DNA from: an uncultured Thermoleophilia bacterium
GTDB taxonomy: Bacteria; Actinomycetota; Thermoleophilia; UBA2241
Assembly: GCA_963715985.1 (NCBI GenBank)
Contig: CAVQSP010000014.1
Coordinates: 64,001-128,000 of the forward strand
Length of the DNA: 64,000 nucleotides
Direction: 5' to 3'
Shown here: piece by piece, positions 50,008-61,068 of the stretch
Layout of the letters: every line of letters starts with the position of its first letter
Position numbering within the stretch: the first letter of the stretch is position 1
Translations under genes and position numbers: made by a program
The notes under the pieces: model-generated
Told to the model about the DNA's origin: nothing
Seen by the model: only the letters and a program-made list of their open reading frames with translations
Databases searched by the model: none

Positions 50008-50901
50008 GTGAACGACTCGCCGCTGGGCCGGTTCTTCGGCGTGGTGACGCGCGCACGCACGTGGCTCAACCTGCTGTTCCACGTGTTCGCGTTCCCGCTC
50101 GGACTGTTCTACTTCGTCTTCCTCGTGGTCGGGCTCTCTGTGGGCCTCGGCACCGTGATCATCTGGGTGGGCATCCCCATCCTGCTCGTGGTGGCCGGCG
50201 CGTGGTGGCTGTTCGGCACCTTCGAGCGCCTGCAGGCACGCCACCTGCTGTGCGCGAACGTGCCGGACGCACCTCGCTCGTGGGAGAGGGCCGAGGGCAT
50301 CTGGGGCAAGTTCAAGGCGCACTTCGGCAACGCGGCCACCTGGAAGGACCTGCTGTACCTGCTGGCCAAGCTCGCCTTCGGCGTCGTCTCCTTCTCGCTG
50401 CTCGTCACCCTCGCCGCATTCGTGGCCTGGCTGTTCGCCCTGCCTTTCGCCGCCGGCTGGCACGTGGCCATGTTCGACTGGGGCAACGGCCAGTCTTGGA
50501 CGCCCCCGTTGTGGCTCGGGATCCTCGGCGTTCCCGCAGGCATCGTCTTCGCCTTCGTGAGCCTGCACGTGATGAACGCCTGGGGCTGGGTGTGCGCTCG
50601 CTGGGCAGAGTTGATGTTCCGCGTCGCCGCTCCGCCGGCGTTGCCGGCCGGGGCGGCTCCGCCCGCACCGCTCGTGTCCACGTCACCACAGCCGCCGGCC
50701 CCCTCGGCTCCCCCGGCGCCTGCGGCACCGCCGGCCCCGCCGGCCCCGGTCGCGCCCCCAGCTGCCAGCGCACCGAGCGCCCCGGCACCGCCCGCGGTCC
50801 CGACACCGCCCGCGTCCGGCACGCCAGAAACGACGGGCCTATCACCTGGCGCATCGCCCGTGGCACCGCCGCCGGCACGCACAGATATCGGATCGGACTG
50901 A
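50008..50901 (+). CDS. Membrane 'sensor domain' protein with Pro/Ala-rich tail
   Basis: Four TM; FPLGLFYFV...IWVGIPIL...FERL, TWKDLLYL. Confidence 0.75.
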   Translation: MNDSPLGRFFGVVTRARTWLNLLFHVFAFPLGLFYFVFLVVGLSVGLGTVIIWVGIPILLVVAGAWWLFGTFERLQARHLLCANVPDAPRSWERAEGIWGKFKAHFGNAATWKDLLYLLAKLAFGVVSFSLLVTLAAFVAWLFALPFAAGWHVAMFDWGNGQSWTPPLWLGILGVPAGIVFAFVSLHVMNAWGWVCARWAELMFRVAAPPALPAGAAPPAPLVSTSPQPPAPSAPPAPAAPPAPPAPVAPPAASAPSAPAPPAVPTPPASGTPETTGLSPGASPVAPPPARTDIGSD

Positions 50902-50926
50902 CCCCCGCGGTCACGGAGGAAGCGAG

Positions 50927-52403
50927 ATGAACACGCAACGAGTATTCAGGGTCCTGCGACCGTCGCTGGCGCTCGTGGCCATCGCCGCCGCGCTCGTCAT
51001 CCTGGGGGCCGCGCTCACCGGGCCCGCCGGCGCTGCGAGCGCCCCGACGCCGACGCCGACGCTGTATTCAGCGCCGACCGAGGTCAGGGATTCGATCGTG
51101 CAGGCGGGAGAGGACGTGGTCGTCTCCGTCGGGCAGCAGGTGGGGACCGTCGTCGCGGCCGGCGGCGACGTCACCGTGGACGGCACAGTGACGGACGCCG
51201 TCGTCGCCTTTGGCGGCGATGTCACTGTCAGCGGCTCGGTGGGCTCCAGTATCGTCGCCTTCGGCGGCGATGTGACTCTCAGCGGATCCGTGGGCTCCAC
51301 CGTCGTCGCGTTCGGAGGGGATGTCCATCTGCTCCCGACCGCCGTTGTCGGCTCGAACATGACAGCGCAGGATCACTCCGTCGTCCTCTTCGGCGGGGCG
51401 CTGACCCGGGACGCCGGCGCCCAGGTGACCGGGACGACGCAGATCTACGACAATGCCAACTGGGGCGGCGCCATCAGCTGGCTCACGAATCGCACGGTGA
51501 TCCGCCCCTGGTGGGGGTTCAGCCTCCTCGGCTGGATCGTGCAGACGGCCATCTTCCTGGTGCTCGCGCTCGTGGCGGCGGCACTGATGCCGCGGCAACT
51601 GCGTGCCGTGCAGCGCAAGCTCGCGGAGAAGCCCGCCGCATCGCTGGGCTGGGGCGCGCTCACGTTCTTCATCATCGTCCCGGCCGTGCTCGTCGTGCTC
51701 ATCATCAGCATCGTGGGCCTGCTGCTGGTGCTGCCATACGTGGTCGTCGTGCCGCTGTTCTACTTCTTCGTCATCACGGCCGTGGCGGCGTTCATCGCCG
51801 ACAAGGTCCTCGCGGGCTCGCGGCAGAAGAACAACCTCATGCTCGCCGTGACGCTCGGCGTGGTGGGCACGACGATCATCTCCCGCGTGCCGGTGGCGGG
51901 CGGGCTCGTGCTGATGGTCATGGCCATCTTCGGCGCCGGCGCCGCGGCGATGGCGCTCATGGACTGGCGCCGTGCCCGCAGGCCGGCGACCGCGCCGGCG
52001 CCGGTCCCGCCCGGCACGCCCGGCTGGCCGGCGGGCGCTCCGCCGGCCGTGCCCGCGACCGCGCCTGCCGGCATGACTGCGGCTGTGACGACCGCGCCGG
52101 CGATGGAGATCCCTGCGGCGGTGCCGCCGGCGCAGGGACCCGGCCAGGCGGCACCCGCGGTCGTCGAGTCGACCGCGCCGACGGCAGCGCCTGCGACGAC
52201 GGCCGGCGCGGACGAGCGCGACGGCGGCGACCGGCCTCCTCTCCGACGGAGCCTCGGAGGCCGGTGCGGCTCAGGCCGATATCGCGGCTGCCGGGCCGGA
52301 GGTGACTGCGGCCACGGAGGCCCAGTCCGGGCAGGTGGCGCCGGCCGGAGAGCAGCCGGTGGACGACCAGCCGGCCGGCGAAGCTCCGCCGGCCGTGACC
52401 TGA
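50927..52403 (+). CDS. Membrane protein with bactofilin-like beta-helix repeats and Pro/Ala tail; tail probably frameshifted, end uncertain
   Basis: Signal peptide, four 17-aa VVAFGGDVTVSGSVGS-like repeats, five to six TM. Confidence 0.72.
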
Positions 52404-52551
52404 GGCCGCGGCAGCGCGGCAGACAAGATCACGCCGGCTTGGTGCCTGAACCGGCCGCGCGGGAATACAGTGGATTGGTGAACGTGGCGGGCCGCGTGGA
52501 GACGCGGCCCGCCACCGGCCGCATCGAGCGGCCGCAGGCAAGGGGGTCGAC

Positions 52552-53357
<806 letters not shown>

Positions 53358-53361
<4 letters not shown>

Positions 53362-55904
53362 TCCGCATCGCCTGGCGCAGCCTCACGGCGCACAAGCTGC
53401 GGACCTTCCTCACCACGCTCGCCATCCTTCTGGGCGTGGCCATGATCGTCGGCACCTACGTGCTCAGCGACCAGATCGACCGCGGCTTCAAGAACATCTT
53501 CACCGACGCCTACAAGGGCATCGACGTCACGGTGACGCGCAAGGCCAAGTTCACCAGCCAGATGTCCGGCTCCACCGAGGGCCTGCCGGAGTCACTGGAG
53601 CAGACGGTCAGAGGCGTGGACGGCGTCGCCGAGGCGTACGGGTACGTGACCGGGGCGGGAGCCATCGCCGTGCGCGGCAAGGTCGTCTCGACCGGCGGCG
53701 CGCCGACGCTGTTCTTCTCGGCGGTGCCCGCCGATATCAGCAACACGAACTACATCACGGGCGGCATTCCCGAGCAGCCCGGCGAGGTCGCCATCATCCA
53801 GAAGCTGGCGCAGGATGAGAAGCTGGACGTCGGGTCCACGCTCACCGTGGTGACGCCCGGCGGCAGCGAGCAGGTCCGCGTCAGCGGCGTGTTCACCTTC
53901 GCCTCACAGTCATCGCTGGGCGGCTCGACCATCATCGACGGGACGTTGTCCGACCTGCAGCGCTGGTTCGGCATGCAGGGGAGCTTCTCGGAGATCGACG
54001 CCAAGGCTGACGCCGGTGTCTCAGCCGACACCCTGGCGCAGCGCGTGAAGGCTGTCGTCCCGGCCTTCGCGGAGGTCAAGACGGGCACGCAGGCCGCCGC
54101 CGACCAGACCAAGCAGCTCAGCGACGCCATCGGCATGTTCCTGAGGCCCATGCTGCTGTCGTTCGGCGGCATCGCCGTGCTGGTGGGCGCCTTCATCATC
54201 TTCAACGCCTTCTCCATGACCGTGGCGCAGCGGCGCCGCGAGTTCGCCATGCTGCGGGCCCTCGGCGCCTCGCGCCGCCAGGTGCTGTCCACGCTCACCA
54301 CGGAGGCCGTCGTCATGGGCCTTCTGGCCTCCATCCTGGGCATCCTCGCCGGCCTCGGCATCGCCGCCGGCATCATCCAGCTCTTCCAGGCCGCCAACAT
54401 CGACATCCCGCACAGCGGCCTGGTGCTGGCGCCGCGCACCGTGGTCATAGCGCTCGCCGTGGGCGTGCTCGTCACCCTGCTGTCGGCGGTCGTGCCGGCG
54501 GCGCGCGCTACGCGCGTGCCGCCCATGGCGGCCCTTCAAGAAGGGTCGACGCTCCCGCCGACCCGGTTCGCGCGTTTCATGCCCGTCGTGGCCGTCGTGG
54601 TGGCGGTGCTGGGCGTGCTCGGCATCGTCGGCGGCATGTACGGCCCCGGCACGACCACCTCGCGCCTCGCCACCATCGCGTCCGGAGCCGTACTCGTCTT
54701 CTTGGCGGTGGCCATCGGCAGCAAGTACCTGATCCGGCCCCTCGCGGGAGCCTTGGGATGGCCTCTGCAGAAGCTGGCGCCGGTGAGCGGGCGGCTCGCC
54801 CGCGACAACACGGTGCGGAACCCTGCGCGCACCGCCGCCACCGCCTCCGCGCTCATGATCGGGCTGGGCGTGGTCGTCTTCGTGGCCGTCTTCGCGCAGG
54901 GGCTCAAGAGCTCGTTCGTGGACGCGTTCGACAAGGTCTCGCGCGCCGACTTCGTCGTGCAGAGCCAGGGCTTCGTGCCGTTGCCCAACGACACGGCGAC
55001 ACGCCTCCAATCGTTGTCCGGCGTGCAGACGGCAACGGGTCTCGACATGCAGCAGGTGCAGGTCGGCGGGAAGTCGAGCGCCATCATGGGGATCGACCCC
55101 GGGCTGTTCAAGCAGCTGTGGAGGTTCGACTGGCTGAACGGCGGGAGTGACACGCTGCTCGACCAGCTGGGGTCGTCCAGCGCGGTCGTGGAGGAGCAGA
55201 CGGCGTCATCGCTCGGCGCCAGGATCGGCGAGACGATCACCGTGACCACCATGGACGGCAAGCGCAAAGGGCTCAAAGTGATCGGTCTGTACCGCGACCC
55301 GATGATGCTGGACGGCATCGTGGTGGGTAACGCCGGCTACCAGGCACTCTTCCCGACGTCGCAGCAGTACATGGTGTTCGTGAAGGCCGCTCCGGGGACC
55401 GACCTCACACAGGCGGCGCAGCAGCTCACGACGGCGCTCGCCGCCGTGCCCACGGCGGAGGTCAAGACGGCGCAGCAGTACAAGGACAGCCTCGTGGGGC
55501 AGGTCAATTCGCTCCTCAATCTGGTGTACGGCCTGCTTGCCATGAGCGTGATCATCTCGCTGTTCGGCATCGTCAACACGCTGGTGCTGGCGGTGTACGA
55601 GCGCACCCGCGAGATCGGCCTGCTGCGCGCCATCGGTTCGTCCCGCGCTCAGGTCCGTGCCACCGTGCGCTACGAGAGCGTCATCACGTCCGTCATCGGG
55701 GCGCTGATGGGGATCGTCGTCGGCGTCGCCTTCGCCTGGGTCATCACGGCCAGGTTCTCCGGGCAGGGGGTCACGTTCTCGATCCCGGGCGGGCAGCTCG
55801 TGGTGTTCCTCGTCGTCGGCGTGATCGTGGGCGTCATCGCCGCGATCCTGCCGGCGCGGCGGGCGGCGCGGATCGACATCCTGGAGGCCATCCAGTACGA
55901 GTGA
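53358..55904 (+). CDS. FtsX/MacB-like ABC permease (duplicated domains)
   Basis: QRRREFAMLRALGAS and ERTREIGLLRAIGSS; 848 aa. Confidence 0.92.
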
Positions 55905-55943
55905 GCGGCGGTGCGGCCGGCTCTGTGACGATGGGAGCGTGTG

Positions 55944-56477
55944 ATGCAGCGGAGTGAGGGCGCGGCGGGCGGCGCACCGCCCGGGGCGCCCGGCAAGCCT
56001 TCGAGGCGCGACGACGCGGCGCTCACCTGGGGCGCCGTCCTCGTGACGGTCGGCGCCCTGCTGCTGGCCGGCCGCCTCAGCCCTCTGGTGTCGGCCGGCG
56101 GCGCGCCGCTCATCATCGGCGCCGGCTGTCTGGTGTGGTGGCTGCTCGACGGCAACTACGCCCTGCTGGTGCCGGCCGGCGTGCTCACGGGCATCGGCGC
56201 CGGCCTGATGGTCGGCACGACCGCCTTCTACGGCAACCCGGTGGCCCTGGGTCTCGGCGCCGGGTTCCTCGCCATCTACGCTCTGGACGCGGTGCGTTGC
56301 CGCGGCCGCACCGCGTGGTGGCCGCTGGTGCCCGGCGCGGTCCTCGTCATCGTCGGTCTTCTGGAGAACACGTCGGGCTGGGAGAGCCTCGGCTCGCTTG
56401 GATGGCCGCTGTTCCTTATCATCATCGGACTCATCATCGTCGCGGTCGCCCTCTGGCGTCGCGGCGCCGGCAGGTAA
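55944..56477 (+). CDS. Small multi-TM membrane protein (LiaF/DUF5668-like C-terminus)
   Basis: About six TM; WWPLVPG, WPLFLIIIG. Confidence 0.65.
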   Translation: MQRSEGAAGGAPPGAPGKPSRRDDAALTWGAVLVTVGALLLAGRLSPLVSAGGAPLIIGAGCLVWWLLDGNYALLVPAGVLTGIGAGLMVGTTAFYGNPVALGLGAGFLAIYALDAVRCRGRTAWWPLVPGAVLVIVGLLENTSGWESLGSLGWPLFLIIIGLIIVAVALWRRGAGR

Positions 56478-56519
56478 GCCGGCGGGGACGCCGGCGGCAA
56501 CGCGAAGGAGCGCGGCGGC

Positions 56520-59198
56520 ATCCTCACCCTGGACGACCAGCACTGGCACGCCCTGCCGGGGGATGAGGTCGCAGACCTCCTGGAGACCGACGCCGAGCAG
56601 GGCCTCGACCTCTTCGCCGTAGAGCATCGCCGCGCCCAGTTCGGCGCCAATGCGCTCACCCCTCCCAAGGGGCCGAGCGCGCTGCGGCGCCTGCTTCAGC
56701 AGTTCCTCGATCCGCTCGTGCTCATCCTCGTCGCCGCGGGAGTCGTCACGTGCGTGCTCGGTGACTGGGTCGACGCGGGCGTCATCTTCGGGGTCGTGGC
56801 GCTCAACGCTCTCGTCGGGTACCTGCAGGAGTCACGTGCAGTGGCAGCGATCGACGCCCTGACCAAGTCGATGACGACCGAAGCCATGGTGGTGCGCGGC
56901 GGCGAGCAGCTGCGCCTGCCGGCCGCGGACATCGTGCCCGGCGATCTCGTGCTGCTGCAGGCCGGCGACAAGGTGCCGGCCGACCTGCGCCTGACGCGGG
57001 CCCGCGAGCTGCGTGTGGACGAATCGGCGCTCACCGGGGAGTCGCTGCCGGTGGAGAAGCCGGCCGAACTGGTCGCCAGGGACTGCCCCCTGGCCGAGCG
57101 CGGCGACATGGCGTACGCCTCTTCGCTGGTCTCCTACGGCACTGCGGCGGGCCTGGTGGTGGCCACGGGCGACGCCACGGAGGTCGGCCAGATCTCGCAG
57201 CTCATCGCCGAGGCCCGCGACCTCAAGACGCCGCTCACGCGCAAGATCGACCAGTTCTCCACCGTGCTGCTCATCGTGATCGTGGCCCTGGCCCTGGTGA
57301 CGTTCGCCATCGGCCTGCTGCGTGGCGAGCACTTCGTGGAGATGTTCAAGGCCTCCATCGCGCTGGCCGTGGCCGCCATCCCGGAAGGTCTGCCGGCGGC
57401 CGTCACCATCACGCTGGCCATCGGTGTGAACCGCATGGCCAGGCGGCGGGCCGTCATCCGCAAGCTGCCCGCCGTGGAGACGCTCGGCTCTACGATGGTC
57501 ATCTGCACCGACAAGACCGGCACGCTCACGCAGAACGAGATGACGGTGCAGCGCGTCTCCGCCGGCGGTCAGCTGCTCGCCGTGAGCGGGGTGGGGTACG
57601 GGCCGGCGGGAGAGATCACGCCCGGCCCGGGTCCGGCGGCGCTCGAGGTACTGCGCGCCGGCCTGCTGTGCAACGACACCGCGCTCGCCGAGGACGAGGG
57701 TCGCTGGCAGGTGGCCGGCGACCCCACCGAGGCGGCGCTGCTGGCGGCGGCGAGCAAGGGCGGCCTCATACGGCAGGCTGAGGAGGCCGCCCTGCCGCGC
57801 CTGGACGCGATCCCCTTTGAGAGCCAGCACCAGTACATGGCCACGCTGCACGACGCCGGTGACGGTCGCCGCGTGGTGTACCTCAAGGGCGCCGTGGAGA
57901 AGGTGCTGGCGCGCTGCTCGGGGGCGCTGGGCGCGGACGGCGAGCCCTCTGCGCTCGACGCCGCCGGTGTGCACGCGCGGGTGGACGCCCTGGCCGCCGT
58001 GGGCCTGCGCGTTCTTGCCTTCGCACGGGGCGGACTCCCGGGCGGCGGCGATGACCTCGGCCACGACGACGTGGACGCCGGTCTCACCTTTCTCGGCCTG
58101 CAGGCGATGATGGACCCGCCGCGGCCGGAAGCGATCGCGGCGGTCGCCGCCTGTCACACGGCCGGCATCACCGTGAAGATGATCACCGGCGACCACGCCG
58201 CCACGGCGGCCGCGATCGCGCGGCAGATCGGCATCGCCGGACCGGACGACGCTGCCGCTGTCACCGGCGCCGAGATGGCCGCTCTCAAAGACAAGGAGTT
58301 CATCGAGCTGGCGCAGCGCGTCAACGTCTTCGCGCGCGTGACGCCGGAGCAGAAGCTGCGCCTGGTCGAGGCGCTGCAGGCGCGCGGGCTGGTGGTCGCG
58401 ATGACCGGCGACGGTGTGAACGACGCGCCGGCGCTCAAGCAGTCCGACATCGGCGTGGCCATGGGCATCACCGGCACCGACGTGGCCAAGGACGCCGCCG
58501 ACATGGTGCTGACCGACGACGACTTCGCCACCATCGAGGCCGCCGTGGAGGAAGGGCGCGGCGTCTTCGACAACCTGATCAAGTTCATGATGTTCGCGCT
58601 GCCGACCAATGTCGGGCAGGGCCTCGTGCTCATGGCCGGCATCGTCCTCGGCACGGCGCTGCCGATCCTGCCGCTGCAGATCCTGTGGATCAACATGATC
58701 ACCGCGGTGCTGCTCGGGCTCGGGCTTGCCTTCGAGCTCAAGGAGCCCGGCATCATGACGCGCCCGCCGCGCCGACCCGGCACGCCGCTCGTCTCCCGGG
58801 GCGTGATCACGCGCATCATCATCGCCGGTGTCATCCTGCTGATCTGCGCGTTCGCGCTGTTCGAATGGGCCGAGGCCCGCGGACTCGGCGAGGCGGTGGC
58901 CCGCACCGCCGCCGTCAACGTGTTCATGTCGGTGCAGCTCTTCTACCTCTTCGCCTGCCGCTCGCTGCGCCGCTCGCTGTTCCGCTTCAGCCCCTTCGGC
59001 AACCGCATGATCGTGCTCGGCGTGGCCGTGGTGGTCGTGCTGCAGCTCCTCTTCACGTACGCTCCGTTCATGAACGTCGCCTTCGACACGGCGCCGCTGA
59101 CGCTCAACGAGTGGATCGTGATCCTCCTCTTCGGGTTCGGGGCCATGGTCCTCATGGACTTCGTCGGCTTCCTGCTCCGCCGCCTCCACATCGACTGA
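56520..59198 (+). CDS. Cation-transporting P-type ATPase (P2A-like); start probably upstream of the called ORF
   Basis: DESALTGES, IPEGLP, DKTGTLT, KGAVE, MITGD, TGDGVNDAPAL; in-frame N-domain WHAL...GL...FGANAL from about 56520. Confidence 0.93.
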   Translation: MLTLDDQHWHALPGDEVADLLETDAEQGLDLFAVEHRRAQFGANALTPPKGPSALRRLLQQFLDPLVLILVAAGVVTCVLGDWVDAGVIFGVVALNALVGYLQESRAVAAIDALTKSMTTEAMVVRGGEQLRLPAADIVPGDLVLLQAGDKVPADLRLTRARELRVDESALTGESLPVEKPAELVARDCPLAERGDMAYASSLVSYGTAAGLVVATGDATEVGQISQLIAEARDLKTPLTRKIDQFSTVLLIVIVALALVTFAIGLLRGEHFVEMFKASIALAVAAIPEGLPAAVTITLAIGVNRMARRRAVIRKLPAVETLGSTMVICTDKTGTLTQNEMTVQRVSAGGQLLAVSGVGYGPAGEITPGPGPAALEVLRAGLLCNDTALAEDEGRWQVAGDPTEAALLAAASKGGLIRQAEEAALPRLDAIPFESQHQYMATLHDAGDGRRVVYLKGAVEKVLARCSGALGADGEPSALDAAGVHARVDALAAVGLRVLAFARGGLPGGGDDLGHDDVDAGLTFLGLQAMMDPPRPEAIAAVAACHTAGITVKMITGDHAATAAAIARQIGIAGPDDAAAVTGAEMAALKDKEFIELAQRVNVFARVTPEQKLRLVEALQARGLVVAMTGDGVNDAPALKQSDIGVAMGITGTDVAKDAADMVLTDDDFATIEAAVEEGRGVFDNLIKFMMFALPTNVGQGLVLMAGIVLGTALPILPLQILWINMITAVLLGLGLAFELKEPGIMTRPPRRPGTPLVSRGVITRIIIAGVILLICAFALFEWAEARGLGEAVARTAAVNVFMSVQLFYLFACRSLRRSLFRFSPFGNRMIVLGVAVVVVLQLLFTYAPFMNVAFDTAPLTLNEWIVILLFGFGAMVLMDFVGFLLRRLHID

Positions 59199-60328
59199 TG
59201 CCGCAGACGCCGCCGTTCGAACAGGGTCCTATCCGCCCGCCCAGCGAGGCGCAGAGCCTGCTGGTGCGCGTGATCCGCAACTGCACGTGGAACCGCTGCA
59301 CGTTCTGCCCTGTCTACAAGGGGACCTCGTCGTCGCTGCGCTCGCTGGAGGACGTCCTGGCCGATGTGGACGCCATGGCCGCCGCGGCGGAGGCGATCCG
59401 CACGGCCGGCATCGATGCGATCCGCGACGGACGTGTGCCTCGCGAGGCCTACCAGGTGGCGCTCTTCGTGCGCGCCGGCATGCGCACGGTCTTCCTGCAG
59501 GACGCGGACCCGTGCGCGGTGAAGCCCGATAAGCTGGCGGCCGTGATCGGCCGCGTGAGAGAGCGCTTCCCGACGGTGGACCGCGTGACCACGTACGGCC
59601 GCGCCTCGACGCTGGCACGGCGCACGCCGGAGCAGCTGGGGCTGCTCGCGGAGGCGGGCCTCACGCGCGTGCACCTGGGCCTGGAGTCGGGCGCCGACGA
59701 GGTACTCATGGCCGTCGACAAGGGCTGCTCGAGCGGCGACCTCATCGGGGCCGGCGAGAACGTGGTGCGTGCCGGCCTGGAGCTGTGCTTCTACCTGATG
59801 CCCGGGCTGGGCGGGCGCGCGGCGTCCGCCGCGCACGTCGCGGGCTCCGCCCGCGTGATTCGCGCGGTGGCCGCGGCCGCGCCCGCCGAGCGGCCGCTCG
59901 TGGTGCGCCTGCGCACCGCTGCGGTGCCGCCGGGCACGCCGCTGGCCGAGCGCGAGGCGGCGGGCGAATTCGTGCTGCCCGACGACGTGGAGGTCGCGGA
60001 GGAGCTCCGCGACCTCCTCGGGCAGCTCGGCGACGCCCGCCTGGAGCTGCGTTCGGACCACGTGCTCAACCTGATGCAGGGGCTGGAGGGCTCGCTGCCG
60101 GCCGACCGCGAGCGCCTGCTGACCATGCTGGGCGAGTTCCTGGCGCTGCCGCGCGAGGAGCAGGGCCGCTTCGCGATCGGCGTGCGGCTCGGTCTCTTCC
60201 GGACCCTCGCCGACCTGCACGACCCCGGCCGCGCGGCTGCGCTCGAGCGCCAGTTCGAGGGCTACCGACAGCCCTCGGCTGACGAACTGCTGGACACTGC
60301 GGCCGCCCTGCGGGCGCGGTTCATCTAG
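59198..60328 (+). CDS. Radical SAM protein
   Basis: PIRPPSEAQSLL, CTWNRCTFC (CxxxCxxC), FLQDAD, HLGLESG, RSDH. Confidence 0.9.
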   Translation: MPQTPPFEQGPIRPPSEAQSLLVRVIRNCTWNRCTFCPVYKGTSSSLRSLEDVLADVDAMAAAAEAIRTAGIDAIRDGRVPREAYQVALFVRAGMRTVFLQDADPCAVKPDKLAAVIGRVRERFPTVDRVTTYGRASTLARRTPEQLGLLAEAGLTRVHLGLESGADEVLMAVDKGCSSGDLIGAGENVVRAGLELCFYLMPGLGGRAASAAHVAGSARVIRAVAAAAPAERPLVVRLRTAAVPPGTPLAEREAAGEFVLPDDVEVAEELRDLLGQLGDARLELRSDHVLNLMQGLEGSLPADRERLLTMLGEFLALPREEQGRFAIGVRLGLFRTLADLHDPGRAAALERQFEGYRQPSADELLDTAAALRARFI

Positions 60329-60429
60329 TGAGCGGTGTGCCTGCGGCGCCCCGCTCGCTGTTGTGCCTGCGGCAGCTCGTGAGCGGTGTGCCTGCGGCGC
60401 CCCGCTCGCTGTTGTGCCTGCGGCAGCTA
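60328..60429. repeat. Two tandem 51-nt REP-like units filling a convergent intergenic gap
   Basis: gtgagcggtgtgcctgcggcgccccgctcgctgttgtgcctgcggcagct(c/a) x2. Confidence 0.9.
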
Positions 60430-61068
60430 GTCCGCAGGCCCGAGCTCACCAGTGAGGTACCGCTGCAGCGTGGGCCCCAGGGCCGCGACGACCTGCTCCT
60501 GCGTCGCCGACGCCAGGGGTTCGATGCGCGCGACGTACCGCACCATGGCCAGCCCGATGAGCTGCGAGCCCACGAGCGCGGCACGCAATTCGGCGTCCGG
60601 CAGCCCGAGGGCCTGCGTGATGGGCCCGAAGATCCGCCGCCCGAGATACTCGCGCACGAGGCCCATGGCGACCTCGTTGGTCATCGCCGAGCGGATCATG
60701 GCGAGCAGCGGCGCGCGGCTCTCCTGCGGCTCCCAGGCGGCGAGGAACGTGCGGACCACGGTGGCGCCCATGTGCGCGGCGTCCTCGCGCATCACGCGCC
60801 GCACCACCTCGCCGGGCTCCGCCGGGATCTGCAGCGCCGCCGTGAAGAGCTGCTCCTTGGCGCCGAAGTAGTGCAGGACGAGCGACGGGTCTACCTCCGC
60901 GCGCGCGCCGATGCCGCGGATGGTGGCGCGGTCGTAGCCGAGCTCGGCGAACTCCAGCCTGGCGGCCTCCAGGATGGCCTCGCGCGTGAGGCTCTCCCCG
61001 GGCCGTCGACCGCTGCGCCCGCCGCCGCGTCGCGCCTCGGCCGGCGTCCCGTGCGCGTCGCCGCTCAC
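60427..61068 (-). CDS. TetR-family regulator (actinobacterial type)
   Basis: TREAILEAA..F...GYDRATIRGI..RAEVDPSLVLHYFGAKEQLF. Confidence 0.92.
   Translation of the reverse strand: MSGDAHGTPAEARRGGGRSGRRPGESLTREAILEAARLEFAELGYDRATIRGIGARAEVDPSLVLHYFGAKEQLFTAALQIPAEPGEVVRRVMREDAAHMGATVVRTFLAAWEPQESRAPLLAMIRSAMTNEVAMGLVREYLGRRIFGPITQALGLPDAELRAALVGSQLIGLAMVRYVARIEPLASATQEQVVAALGPTLQRYLTGELGPAD

Noticed and set aside
59198-60328. Radical SAM gene as pylB
   Set aside because: Its RPPSEA..LL / CxWNxCxFC signature belongs to a different uncharacterised family, not BioB/HydE-like PylB; no pylC or pylD adjacent
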